DNA of 64,000 nt from Tubiluchus corallicola. Its lineage: Eukaryota > Animalia > Priapulida. The translations under genes and the position numbers were made by a program. The first letter of the stretch is position 1. The number at the start of each line of letters is the position of its first letter. Positions 26,101 through 39,362 of this stretch are shown piece after piece. The stretch is taken from NCBI GenBank assembly GCA_030141605.1, contig JAQGDQ010000149.1, positions 124,001 to 188,000 on the forward strand, read 5' to 3'. The notes below the pieces were generated by a model, which saw nothing but the letters and a program-made list of their open reading frames with translations, was not told the DNA's origin and ran no database searches.

Positions 26101-29100
26101 CTTAGTTTAGATCATTAGTGCTTTTTTGCATCCTTGTAAATATTATTAATGTATTACGTATGTTTTGTATCTTGTTCAGTAGATCATTATGTACTTGCGT
26201 TTACTGCAAACTTGCTATGTATTCTGGACTAATATATAGAGTTGCCCCACTTTAACGTTATTGTCTCGATATGTTAATATTGCAAAGTATTAGTCAATAA
26301 ATTACTACTGCTACTATAAAAAGATAAATGTAATAATAATTAATAACTAAGAAATAACGGGAAATACAATGATTTTTTTATTAAGTTGCCTCTGATATTT
26401 TCACTCAGAAAATATGTGCCCATCTTGATTCTTTGCAAAATGATTAAAATCATATTCCAACAGTTAACCAAAGCAGACAAGTAGTTTTGAAACCCTGTAC
26501 CTTCTTAAAGTTTTTTGCATAGCTAAAGTAAAAAAATTGTTGTGTGGAATGATTGCAATTCTAGCAAAAATAGGTTAAAGATACAAAAGCATTGTACAAG
26601 TATGTGTTACTCATGTCAACACGTGGCACAAGGTGCAGTCATTAAAAAAATACACGAAATATGAAAAAACACTCCTACATTTCTACACAGAAATAGCACA
26701 CCAGTATACATGCTAATGGCTATTAATTAAGTTACTTTTTAAGCAAGTTCTTAAGGTAATGACATTTTATGCAAGTATCTTTAGCTAAAAACACAATATA
26801 TTTTTAGCCCAGTATTTTATTTCTTGATCAAGTAGCATAATTTTATTATAGCTGCATTTTAATGGGAACGAGAAAAGGCATGTGCACAAAAATTATGAAC
26901 TAAATGCTTCTGTTAATGTAAATAATTATCAGTTAACTCGCACCGTGGATGGACATATGTGATATGTGTCGCAAATACCAGAGAATGGTCCTATAACAAG
27001 TTAATAATGCACAGCTAGTAGACATACTTGTGTGCTGTAGGTGAGGGTGATTTCATGTGCATTTTTGCACAGTATTTTTCATTTTTGTTTAGTGCCTTGC
27101 GTTTGTTATTTACAAATACATTACTTTTTTACCCTACTGATAAGGGAAAGCTTTCTGACTCTAGGGAACTGATTTTGATGCTTTTGTGGTCAAAGAACGA
27201 ACACATCTTGATACTTGAATATATTTTTTTGCTAATGACTTGGAAGATTAAGCGGGAAGTGTCAAAAATTTAATAATAATTTCAATTGCATAATATCAGT
27301 TATTTCATGTTTAAGCTTTTATGCACACATTACTGTGTGTTTAAACGCAGACAGTTGTGCCCGATACATTTCCACAGATACGTTTTTAATAATTCAATAC
27401 AGATAAAGCCATAAAAATTTCAGTGACTTTATGAGCTTGAGTAGAAATGTCTGTATTGACTGGAGTCAGGGACCTCAGCAGAAGATTTTACTGCTGAAGT
27501 ATTCTTGGAACTTTGTGTGATTACCTTTAGCTTACACTGTTGTCATTTTGCTCAGTTTTACAACAGAGAACCCTCTAAATTGACACGTTTAAAAACAAAC
27601 TAAGAACTGGTGAACTTTATGTTTTTATGTTAGTTGGGAACTTTATTATTTTTTCTTTGTGCATGTGGTGGTAACTTTTGATTTTATAGGCACTAATATG
27701 GACATCTAAAATATTGAAACAAATATTACAACAGATGAATAGATCAAACTGACCCGCCCGCGAGATTTATAATAATTATGAAAATTGCTTGATGCCTTTG
27801 CATATATTTTATAAATACGCCCAGTCGTACATTCAAAACAAATGTTTGTAAAATAATTTAACACATTAGCCTAGGTTTTGCTACTATGAGGTAGCTGTAA
27901 CTCTGATATTGCTAAAGGTTAACTGTATCTTGATCGTTTTTTACTGTATTGTCCAAAGGTTGTAAAACGGATGTGTTTGAACTAACTAAATGTTAACTGG
28001 CACAATCATCTATATGTTAGGCTGTACTGTGTTCTTAATATTAATAAATTGAAAAGTGTCACTTGAGATTACTCGTCTATCGGGCTTATTTATATCCTTC
28101 AAGCTAAGCCAGTAGACTTGATAAATAATACATGAAAATGCATTACTTTGAATAATAATTCAGAATATCACTGTAACGTCATTGGGAATTTGCATGCTTT
28201 TTTTTATAATCTTAAAACTAAAATAAATTGCAAAATTGATGTAGGGCAAAATGGTTATGCACAAAATATTTAAGAATTGATTAAGAACTGGTAACTTTTT
28301 ACAAAAGCTGCATTTAGATGGCTTGTTTGAATTTAGAATGATGCTTGAGTGCAAGGTTTTTCTTCTAGGGCTGTGAAAGATTGTGTGTATGTTGTCCACA
28401 TTGCCAGTCCATTTCCGGTTCAGCAGAATCTTCCGGCTGATAAAGAAGATGAAATCATAAAGCCCGCTGTCGATGGTACTCTAAATGTCCTTAAAGCATG
28501 TAAGGAAGCAAAGACAGTTAAGAGGGTCGTGTTGACCAGCAGCTCAGCCGCCATCATGTGTAAGTAGTGAAAGCAAGACCATTTAAAGATAATATATATG
28601 GCAATATATGGCCGTCTTTGGCAATGCAGACTTCCCTATTTATAAAATCACCTTTACTTTTGGATGGAACAGTGTAGTCAAGTCATTATATGGTTTGGCC
28701 AAAAAATCGTACTAAAGGTTTTTTGCTGAAAGTTTATCCACGGGTGTTAGAGTGTTTCAGAAAAAGTCGACAAAAATCTGCTCATAGAAACATGGTTGAT
28801 TTGCATAATTTCAATATGGCGACACTATAAAGTTTCAAGCTGACTGTACTACAACCTTTTTTTTCTAGTTCACTTTAGACCCTCTAAATATACATGTATA
28901 AGTGTTTGGTTACATGGTACGTGATACATGATACACAAACAAAATACATGAACACTGCTGTTCAATACAAGAATGGAAGAAATGAAATTTTGAAAAGAAA
29001 AACTATATTCAAAAACCAACAACTACATAAAGTTATAACAGTGTATAATATAGTTGAAATCAAAGTTGTGATTCAGACCCAGTTTTGAAACTTCACTTCT

Positions 29101-32100
29101 GGTGGAGCATCGAGATATGTATCATTTTTGTATCATTTAACTACCAGCTGTCATGTATCATTCTTTCTCATATTGACTTCTTTATCAGCCGTCATGTATC
29201 ATTTTTCTCATATTGGCCCTACTAATATAGGAGTATAGTTTACAGTATAGGAGTAAAAATCTTACTGTGGAAATGTCCTTTAGTTGCTGTGCTTAAGTTT
29301 GAACTAATCTGCCCTCCACAAATTGTGTGCTATTGAATCTCACTGCTCATTACTTGATACATTTAAAATTGTAAAGAAGTTAGTTTTATTCAGTTTTTGC
29401 ATTTTTTCATTTCACCTTTATCTTCTTTAGAATTTGGCGTATCATGAAGTCACTATATGTATTCATTCATTCTATTCTACACCTCTAGAGATACCTGGAT
29501 TTTAGAAACCTCTTTTTACATGTTGCAAACATAAGTATTTCCCTACATACAAAAAATGAAAAACTGATTTAAAGTTACCACACTACAATTACTGAGTTTG
29601 TAAGGGAAGTATTTGTGCAGTGTTAACCACACCACATGTGCTTATTTAGCAAAGTCCATTTAACACCAATCACCCACTATCGGGCCTCAATAAAAGCTGC
29701 TGTTCAGGCTCAAACAGTATAAATGCTGCAGAAAAATTGTTTTAAAATACCAGCATTTACCAATGTTGTTCACAGTGGTGGGCGATACCACCAATTTCAA
29801 GTAACTGTGATTACCAATTACTTTAAGGTAGTAATCGATTAATCAGTTACTGAGATTGCTCATTGCTATCCATTTCCCACCTGGGTGGGTTACAAACCTG
29901 TGCTACCAGTGCGTGCTAATGCTCAGCTGAAATCATATGCACGGTTTGTGTTTGAGAGTGTTTACATCTGTAACATACCCGTGTTAAAAGTTATTTCAAA
30001 TGCATTTTGCATCTTCATATTTCAAACTGCATTATGAACTCAGTAACGCAACTTTATTTGTTTACTATTCGATTAATTAGCAAAGTAATTGATACTAGAG
30101 ACTTACGCTCAAGTAATCGATTACTAGTAGTCGATTACACCCACCTCTAGATGTAAGTTGACAAATTGTTTGGCACACTAAATTTTCTGTGCATTTTTCA
30201 GCTGATTCTGCAAATGATCCAGAGAAGAAGTTTACAGAAGAGGACTGGGCTGATGCTGAGAAAGCTGAGACTTATACAAAAAGCAAAATACTAGCAGAAA
30301 AAGCAGCCTGGGATTATATAAAAGAACTTCCCGGTGAATTGGGCTTAATAAATACAATAATTAGTGGGATTAAGTTCTCTAAAACATGAAAATTTCGCAA
30401 AGAGCATTCTGTCTGCCTATCCATAGATCTGTCCATCCATCCGTCCTTCCATCCAGCCATCTGTCATTAATGAAACTGTTCACTCATTTTTTGAGGTGGC
30501 ATGATACACTATTATTTTTTCCACTTGTATTTTTTATATATCGTAGCACAATTTATACTTTAAATTTTTATTTGCAAATAAAAACGAGGCCTTGCGTAAA
30601 GTGGTTAAGTAATAAGTGCAGTAATTTTGTCATATTCAATTTGCAAAGATTACTTTTGATTTACAGTTTTCTAGCAACAATGTTTTAGTTTCAATAAATG
30701 GCACAATATATGTAATATTTCTTTTGACGTCAAGGAACATTTTTGGTAATTATAAGAGGAAATCAATATTCTTTGTGGGTAGTGTCCTATTTCTTGTGAG
30801 TTTGCTTACAATGTTTTCTATAATGCAGATGAAGAAAAATTTGAACTAGTGGTATTGAATCCTGCATTTGTTATGGGTCCTGTACTGAATGGCTCACAAT
30901 GTACAAGTGCATTTATCATTAAGCGCCTGTTAGAGCGTTCAATGCCTGCTGTACCAAGACTGAATTTTCCCGTTGTTGATGTACGTGATGTAGCAGCAGC
31001 CCACGTCAGAGCAGTCACTTCTTGTGAAGCTGTTGGTATGCTTCTTTTTTTTATTATAACCGCAGAGGGTGGGTGTAGTAGGGATTTAAAATATTATCTC
31101 TGTTCTTCCTCACTCGGAAGTGTTGATGATAGAACTGAAAATGTAATTCTTATTGATCGAAGATATTCTAGCTTTTTCAAAGTGAATGCTTTGTTATTAT
31201 TAAACAAAACATTTTATTTTGTTCTGATCAGCCAGTTTTGGTCACACAGGTTTACAGTATAAATCTGTATTTATACTAACTTGTATATGTATGAATTTTC
31301 CCGTTGTTGATGTACGTGACGTAGCAGCAGCCCATGTCAGAGCAGTCACTTCTTGTGAAGCTGTTGGTATGCTTCTTTTTTTTATTATAACTGCAGAGGG
31401 TGGGTGTAGTGGGGATTTAAAATATTATCTCTGTTCTTCCTCACTCGGAAGTGTTGATGATAGAACTGAAAATGTAATTCTTATTGATCGCAGATATTCT
31501 ACGTTTTTCAAAGTGAATGCTTTGTTATTATTAAACAAAACATTTTATTTTGTTCTGATCAGCCAGTTTTGGTCACACAGGTTTACAGTATAAATCTGTA
31601 TTTATACTAACCTGTATATGTATGAATTTTCCCGTTGTTGATGTACGTGATGTAGCAGCAGCCCATGTCAGAGCAGTCACTTCTTGTGAAGCTGTTGGTA
31701 TGCTTCTTTTTTTTATTATAACTGCAGAGGGTGGGTGTAGTGGGGATTTAAAATATTATCTCTGTTCTTCCTCACTCAGAAGTGTTGATGATAGAACTGA
31801 AAATGTAATTCTTATTGATCGCAGATATTCTAGCTTTTTCAAAGTGAATGCTTTGTTATTATTAAACAAAACATTTTATTTTGTTCTGATCAGCCAGTTT
31901 TGGTCACACAGGTTTACAGTATAAATCTGTATTTATACTAACCTGTATATGTATGAATTTTCCCGTTGTTGATGTACGTGATGTAGCAGCAGCCCATGTC
32001 AGAGCAGTCACTTCTTGTGAAGCTGTTGGTATGCTTCTTTTTTTTATTATAACTGCAGAGGGTGGGTGTAGTGGGGATTTAAAATATTATCTCTGTTCTT

Positions 32101-35100
32101 CCTCACTCGGAAGTGTTGATGATAGAACTGAAAATGTAATTCTTATTGATCGCAGATATTCTACGTTTTTCAAAGTGAATGCTTTGTTATTATTAAACAA
32201 AACATTTTATTTTGTTCTGATCAGCCAGTTTTGGTCACACAGGTTTACAGTATAAATCTGTATTTATACTAACCTGTATATGTATGAATTTTCCCGTTGT
32301 TGATGTACGTGATGTAGCAGCAGCCCATGTCAGAGCAGTCACTTCTTGTGAAGCTGTTGGTATGCTTCTTTTTTTTATTATAACTGCAGAGGGTGGGTGT
32401 AGTGGGGATTTAAAATATTATCTCTGTTCTTCCTCACTCAGAAGTGTTGATGATAGAACTGAAAATGTAATTCTTATTGATCGCAGATATTCTAGCTTTT
32501 TCAAAGTGAATGCTTTGTTATTATTAAACAAAACATTTTATTTTGTTCTGATCAGCCAGTTTTGGTCACACAGGTTTACAGTATAAATCTGTATTTATAC
32601 TAACCTGTATATGTATGAATTTTCCCGTTGTTGATGTACGTGATGTAGCAGCAGCCCATGTCAGAGCAGTCACTTCTTGTGAAGCTGTTGGTATGCTTCT
32701 TTTTTTTATTATAACTGCAGAGGGTGGGTGTAGTGGGGATTTAAAATATTATCTCTGTTCTTCCTCACTCAGAAGTGTTGATGATAGAACTGAAAATGTA
32801 ATTCTTATTGATCGAAGATATTCTAGCTTTTTCAAAGTGAATGCTTTGTTATTATTAAACAAAGCATTTTATTTTGTTCTGATCAGCCTGTTTTGGTCAC
32901 ACAGGTTTACAGTATAAATCTGTATTTATACTAACCTGTATTTGTATTTGTACTTGTACCTATATTTGTACTAACTATAATTTTGTATTTTTTGGAGGGG
33001 GGTGGAATGTAGTCTATTATTAATTTCTGCAGAAATCAACTGACCCATTAAATTTTGTTAAAATTAGTGACTGATTAATGATTGATCTTGATATTGTGGC
33101 ACTCATTAATTGTTGATTGATTGATTATCAGTTTTCGGTAAATTTAGTAATTTTTATCATGCTCTTATAACTACTTGGTTAAGAAAACAAATGATCAGTT
33201 TTTAAACAACTGATTGTATTGGACTAACGTTTTGTTTGTGCTCAGAACAACATTGCTTGGGAATTTTTAGTGTAAATTGGATGACACTAATTACAACATT
33301 ACAACATTAAAAGCATATTTGCAGGTAATCGGCACATATTGTATGCTGAAAGTGTTTGGATGAAGGATATGGCAGCTGCTCTGGCAAAGGAGTTTCGACC
33401 TCAAGGCTATAATGTGCCCACTGCTAACTGTCCGTATTTTGCTATGTGGCTGTACAGCTTGTTTGATCGTAATCTCAAACAGATGCTGCCAAAAGTTGGT
33501 AAAGAAGTCAAGCTTGACAACACCAGGGTATTTAAGCATTCTGTAATTTATATTCTAGTAATTGATAACAATTTGTTTGCTGTGAACAGTAAAGTTTATT
33601 TTTGATAAAGTTGTTTGAGAATGGGATGTGTTGTTAAAGGATAAACGTTTGACCTACATCTCATTAGTTTTTTATTATACTTTTAGTGTCGGCATAAACT
33701 TGATAATTGGTCAATTGCAAATTGTTTAGTTTATTCACAGATTTGTGGTCAATGTTCTCTTTTTATTGCTTAGATGAAAGAGGTGTTTAAAATAGAAGAT
33801 CGTGAGATAAATTCTACATTTATTGACATGGCTTATTCGCTTATTGATTCTGGCATCGTAAAAAAACCAAAGCCAAAGAAGCAAAAACCAGTGAAGGAAG
33901 ATAAATCAAATGGCGAAACAAAGAAAGAGGAGAAAGAAGATGGTGGGACATTTTTTATATAGTATATAGTCAAAATGATTTTCAAAAGTACTACTTAAAG
34001 CATATAACCCTTTGCTGTTATCCAAACTAAAGTCATTGATGTGATGACGGGTAACAGGTAATTTCAAGAGAGGATCGAAGCAACACTTAAACAAAATCTT
34101 AAGACGGCTGTCTTGTAAGCTTTGGGCCAGTCTGTGGATTAGCATTGGATGCTTGTTAAATATTGTTGTGTCATTATATATCTTTAACCTTTTAGGATAC
34201 ATAATTTTAACAAATACATTAGTTTTAATGCACACAGTTGTCTAAAATTGTTTCTAATCTTTCAGCTTGAAAATAAATTTCTGTTTATTTCTTTGAGATC
34301 TTGCTTTATGTGAGAAAGGGCTTTCACCTTAAATCTAAATTGAATTACCTTAGAGAATTATAACACTAATAATTAATATTAATAAGATTTTGCTACTGTT
34401 TTTCATTGAGTTATTTATTATTAAGATTTTTCATTGAACTAGGGTCACCAAACTCACAGGATTGGTAGCCCTGAGCGGGAGATGTACAACAGTGTGGTGA
34501 CCACTTACCACTGGTCAAGGGGAAGGGTAGTGGCTATCGGTCAGTTTTCTTTACAATGCATCGCCTCCTAGAGCTTTCGGTTTTTTCCAATTTTTTTTTC
34601 ACAAGTATTTGGGCTCTGAGGAGCAGGTGTGCACCTACGGTTTTAAAACAACGAGCTTTAAATGCCCGAAGGAGGGGCCAAAATGCAAAATTTGGGTCCC
34701 CCAATTGGTAACCTTTTACATGCTGAGGGCTAGGGACATAAAACTAACAGGGTACACTCTCTGGGCAAAGTTATCTACATATACATGTGACCGGAGTTGC
34801 CAGGTCAAAAGTCACGGAGCGGGCGAGTCTCATTTATTTTTCTTTATGGTCCATCTGCTCCCACATTTGTTGAGCTAGGATAGCAATGTTTGGTATGTTG
34901 CAAGGTGGTGTCGTGGCCTTGCACGTCACAAAATAAGGGATGCGCGCATATAGCAAAATGTTCCGCTAGGAAGCAAAAACCGAAAAAGGGGGGTCAAGAA
35001 CAGAAGTGAACAGAGTGTTGAGCAATGGTACCTTGTAGCATACCAAATGAAAGGTCTTGATGAGACAAATTGAATGGTGTAAATTATGCCAAGACTGGTT

Positions 35101-36266
35101 AATGTCTGACCTCAGTAGGGGGCAAAAACCAAAAAATGGTGGTCGGGAACAGAAGTGCTGACTGTTCATGGCTGATATCTGTCATTGAATATGCTGTATC
35201 TACTTTAACCACAGATTGCTAATGTCACAATTGGTAATTCTAAATTACAAAATAGTTAATCCCTCTGGAATTTGTTGAAAATTTAGATCAATGTCAAGTA
35301 TTTTTTGTCATTTTTATGCAGATTTAATTGAATTTCAACATAGTTGCAATGATCAATGTCTAAATATTTAATTTTTTTAGTAGCAGAGAAGGTAGAAGAA
35401 GTTGCAACAGCTGCTACTGAGGAAGTAGCTGACAAGTCAGCACCAACTGCCAGTGCAGAGGACATAAAAGAGGTACTGTAATGTAGAAACTGTCTATAAG
35501 TTTATCTATGTCCATTTATACTATTTGTTTTTTTTTCATTAGACCAGATAGAGAAAAAAATATTTCATGATTAATTGGAAAACTTGTGCTTGCAATGATT
35601 AGAACTATGTAATAATTATTTATTTGGACTGTCACATTTGTGCAAGAAGGAAGTAGGGTAGATATGCTTCATAAATGATTTCATGCAGACATTTTATCTC
35701 AGCAGGAAATTAACATACACAAAAAGAGCTGAAAACCATGCATATATGATTACTTAGTAGAGCTTGTTGCGCAATGAAGAAAAAAATTTACTCATGTCAT
35801 GGAGAGTCTCTTGCATATCGTTCTTTCAGTAAAACACTACTCTTCCAATTTTTTGCTGTTTTTCATTTTCATTAGTTTTCTTTTCTCTTTAATGTGGGAA
35901 TTTGTAAAATGTAGCCTGAGTTCATGTTGATGTTACTGTTTATTTCTATTAATGAACTAGGAATGCAAAGAGGAAAAAAGTGAGGTGGTGAAATCCGAAA
36001 TTTCCGTTGAAGAGAATAAGGTGGAAACAAAAACCGAAGTGAGAACTGTCATTGAAAAAAGCGTGGTGACAGTTACGGAGCAAATAGTGGAGTTGCAATC
36101 AGATGGAAACACAGAGGACAAAGTTGAGAAAATGATAGAGGAGAAAGTTGATAGTTTGGTAGAAAAATTGACCGATGAGCAGAAGGAAGAAGGAGGTGAG
36201 CAAAAGGAAGAAGGTGAAAAGGATGGAAATGTAGAGGAAAAGAAAGAAGAAACTGGTAGTGAGTGA
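11108..36266 (+). CDS. Extended-SDR NAD(P)H-dependent aldehyde reductase (dihydroflavonol-4-reductase / cinnamoyl-CoA-reductase-like), 10 exons, ~506 aa with acidic E/K-rich C-terminal tail
   Basis: join(11108..11126, 21435..21547, 22147..22235, 28369..28559, 30202..30333, 30829..31035, 33325..33527, 33774..33942, 35381..35472, 35961..36266), all GT-AG and phase-consistent. Motifs [13 protein letters not shown] (GxxGxxA), [38 protein letters not shown] (YxxxK), [16 protein letters not shown]. The first exon (MEETSK) and the tail exons are less certain than the core. Confidence 0.9.
12410..12610 (-). mobile_element. 3' end fragment of a CR1-type LINE
   Basis: Minus strand translates [44 protein letters not shown], the typical CR1 ORF2 C-terminus (RV.N.WN.LP...FK..D), followed by a short 3' UTR. 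Confidence 0.7.
13660..15180. mobile_element. Dispersed non-autonomous repeat family (Helentron/DINE-like), fragmented copy
   Basis: Shares blocks with 34440..35170, 17345..17620 and 61490..61760, e.g. GGTAGCCCTG(G/A)GCGGG, CCTCCTAG(G/A)GCTTT...CACAAGTATTT and ...TCTCAT(T/C)GAGACCCTTC(G/A)TTTGA.... Family assignment is inference. Confidence 0.6.
17628..18144. mobile_element. hAT-type MITE nested in an older repeat
   Basis: Terminal inverted repeats CAGTGGCGGCTCGT / ACGAGACACCACTG, flanked by a degenerate 8-bp target duplication GGTGAGGG / GGTGATTG. Confidence 0.7.
23400..26317 (+). mobile_element. Decayed non-LTR retrotransposon (LINE) with reverse transcriptase, in SDR intron 3
   Basis: Frameshifted RT motifs in order: GPDAI, NFRGI...CKLY, EQAG...[33 protein letters not shown], then C-terminal RLCPCG. 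Ends in AATAAA plus a (TAC)n tail at 26296..26317. Clade and 5' boundary uncertain. Confidence 0.88.
29773..30149. mobile_element. hAT-like MITE with GATTAC/GTAATC subterminal repeats
   Basis: Imperfect TIR CAGTGGTGGGCG / CACCCACCTCTA with repeated GATTAC motifs near both ends. A similar degenerate stretch lies at ~63380..63610. No clear TSD. Confidence 0.5.
30961..32946 (+). repeat. Tandem repeat, 6 x 331 bp, spanning the SDR exon 6/intron 6 junction
   Basis: Units start at 30961, 31292, 31623, 31954, 32285 and 32616 and differ at only a handful of positions. Each unit is the last 75 nt of exon 6 plus 256 nt of intron starting with the GTATGC donor. Confidence 0.98.
34440..35170. mobile_element. 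Copy of the dispersed Helentron/DINE-like repeat family
   Basis: Left part is colinear with 13680..13990; right part (TACCAAATGAAAGGTCTTGATGAGACAAATTGAATG) is the reverse complement of the 14830..14900 block. Confidence 0.6.
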
Positions 36267-39200
36267 TCGATTTACAGTAAAATCGCCTATTTTGTGTCAT
36301 GCACAATTAATTTACTACTCAAAATATCTAGCCGTATGTGTCAGCATTCTGTCTTTCTGCATTCCCTATCAAGGACATTATTAATGCATAAATCAGTGAG
36401 ATGTGTTCTATGTTGTTGCAGCTACATACTCGAGTATTCTTATGTGGGAGTTTTGTACATTGGTTAAGCGAATCCTTCAATGTTTTTGTAAAGGGTTTAA
36501 GCTTTCATTAGTATCTGGTTGAAAGTGCCCTAAATTTTGAATCTGTAACTGCCATTTTTTTGTATTTTGTTAATAATCATGTGGTATGATTTTGTTTATA
36601 TATTTTTGAAAATGTTGCAAATTCTCAGTTGTACCAGACAACTCATTCTCATAATTATAATAAATATTTATATTCATACTGTTTTTACTTGAAGATACAG
36701 TCGTCATAGCCTTCTAGTATAATAATAATAACGATAACAACAAATTTGATGAATATTGATCGTATTATATAGAAATGTAATTTGCAGATTAATTGTCATT
36801 GACAGTTTAGACTTTCTTTATTAAAAAAGTTCTAAATTTCAACGACAACTTAATTTAGAATGTAATTGGTAAAGAAAAGCTGAACTATCATCATTAAATC
36901 TATCACTTGCATTTATATGTGTGTTCATATGTGGATGCCAAATCTGTTAGAGCTTTTTGGACATATTGTCTTCAGATTTGCAGTGATGTTAAAGATGTAA
37001 CTGTGGTCACTTTTGACCTGTAAGTGCAGTTTCCACACTTTCAAAATTAATTTACTGCTCAATTTCCATAAGCAACCATTGTTTAAAGCTCACAGTGGTC
37101 TTAAGGGAACAAAATTTCTCCCATTCCAAACTTTTTGTAAAAACATGAAACATAGTAAACTTATTATTTTTTTTTGAATTTTGGAGAAAATTATACAATT
37201 TTTTCTGCATCTTGTCTTTGTTTTTTAAAAAGCCTTTATTATTTAACTATAATTATTTTTCTGTATTTGTATTTTTACACTTTTTTAAATCTTATCTTTA
37301 AATTTATGGATTTGAAAGTCACAATCAGTATTATGAACTTAAAATTTATAATAATTAATGTTAGAAGTGACTGGTAGTAGAAATTTTGCTGCTATAAATT
37401 GTATCGCATATCTTGCATAGCTTTATTGGTTCACAGTTAATGTACAGCGAAGAGTGTCTCAAAACTTGCTTCCTGTCTTTGATTGTCAATTGTGTCAAGT
37501 CCGTGTTGACTACCTGCATGGCTTAAATTTTAATAGTAGTGTAAGCATGTGACTTAGATGTACCCTTGGAACACACAGCAAACTTAACCTATGTATTTTA
37601 GTGGTTTTTGCAATTTAATCTGGTAAATAAAACTATTAATGATTTCGACATGTGTTTTTTTGTGGATGTTTGAATAGTTTTTATGTTACAGTATTTACTT
37701 GGATGAAGCTGAATTAGTTTGTTTTTTAACCTTGTAGAGTCCATTCTTAACTTTGCATAAGGACCAATACATATGCCTTAAAATAAAGTAAAAGTACTGT
37801 GATATTATCCTCTTGGAAAAGCCTTGCTGCTTTTACAAGTGTATTTTGTTCAGAACACAACTTAGTGAGCCAAAAATAAGTGTTTTTGTAACAGGTGTAT
37901 GCAGATGCTTATTACATTACATTAGCTACGTTCATGATTCCTTAACAGGATAAAATATCAGGTGGTAACGTAGTCATAACTAGCACTAAAAGAAACAAAA
38001 ATAAGTTTATTACAAAAGTAATGAGATATAATGCAGCAGTCACTTGGCAGTGTCAGTGGGTAGTAGGCAGTGGACACTTATTTGGGCAGTGGCATTTGGA
38101 CAATAAACGTTGTTGGACATTGGATAGTTTGTGCAGTAGGCAAAACACTACCCACTTACTAATTGACTATCTACCTACAACACCAGTCAGATACACATCA
38201 TTTTGAATGGCACAAGGCATGGATGTTGGACTCAATAAAATTTTATAACACCGTTCTATTCCATTCTGTGCTGTAATGTTGTACTGTTCTGATATGGCCT
38301 GTTTTGTTCCATTCCGTTTATTTTATTCTGTTTTACTCTCTTCTGTTGTAAGCAAGTAAGTTTATTGTTTTGCTACATTCTATATACAATTGTCATTTTT
38401 ACAGTTATATAAATACAATTACATACAATATAACCTGCAAGTAGATAGTTAATGAAGTAAGTAGGTACGTAGACAGCTCCTATCACTGTGCTTTTGCTCA
38501 GAACATGCAAGTTTCGGATTTGCTGCTTTGCACATATTTTATTGTTATTGAATGTTATTGTTGTTATTATTTTTGCCTGGATAAAATAATAATTATTATT
38601 TTTTACTACATGCTCTTATATTATTATTATTATCACATCATCATTATTATTTTTTATAATATTATCGCATTATGAACAAGAAGAATTAAGCTGTACTAAC
38701 AACATAGTAATACATACTGATACATAACAGCACTTATAAAATTTCAGCCTAAATTAATGTTATAATTCTTAATTAAAGGACAACCATGTGTGCCAGATCC
38801 GAATGACGGTCTCTTGGCAAGACTGAAACATTGTCATTGCAGTCAGAGAATTTTGTATTCGTGTTTCCGCTTAATATAATTCATATGGGTTTTTCTCTGA
38901 GTGTGTGACCCACAATGAGTGTAGGGCTGTCTGTATGCGACAGTGTATTATGGCAAGCTTTGAAGCTTGCTGGGTGCTGATGTGTCGCGCACAATGATGC
39001 AGTCGTGCAGAAAATCTTTGTATTAAGGTGCGTCATGTTGGCGAAATTTTGTAAAGTAACAAAATGTCAGCTTCCTTAAAATGTTACGCTATTTTTACTT
39101 GCTTTGATGTATTCTCAGGAATTGATTGTAGGAGATATGGAATATTTTTAAATATCACATATTCAATGGTTGCAAGTGTCAGCTTTGCAAATTAACTATG

Positions 39201-39362
39201 TCACTTATTATAAGCTGTTATTATTAGATTTTTTTGGGTCTTCTGACGAGTTTACTGTTGATTGAATAGTGTGTAATTTTAAATTAACGTAAATTTGTTG
39301 AATTGTACCAGTAGAAACTAGTCCCAGACAAGAGGGGTGATAAAATTGTAGTCTCATTCGTT

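Noticed and set aside
31291-32917. Five near-identical 100-aa ORFs as a tandem gene family or CRISPR-like array
   Set aside because: They are read-through of a duplicated exon end into intron sequence; there are no unique spacers and the context is eukaryotic.
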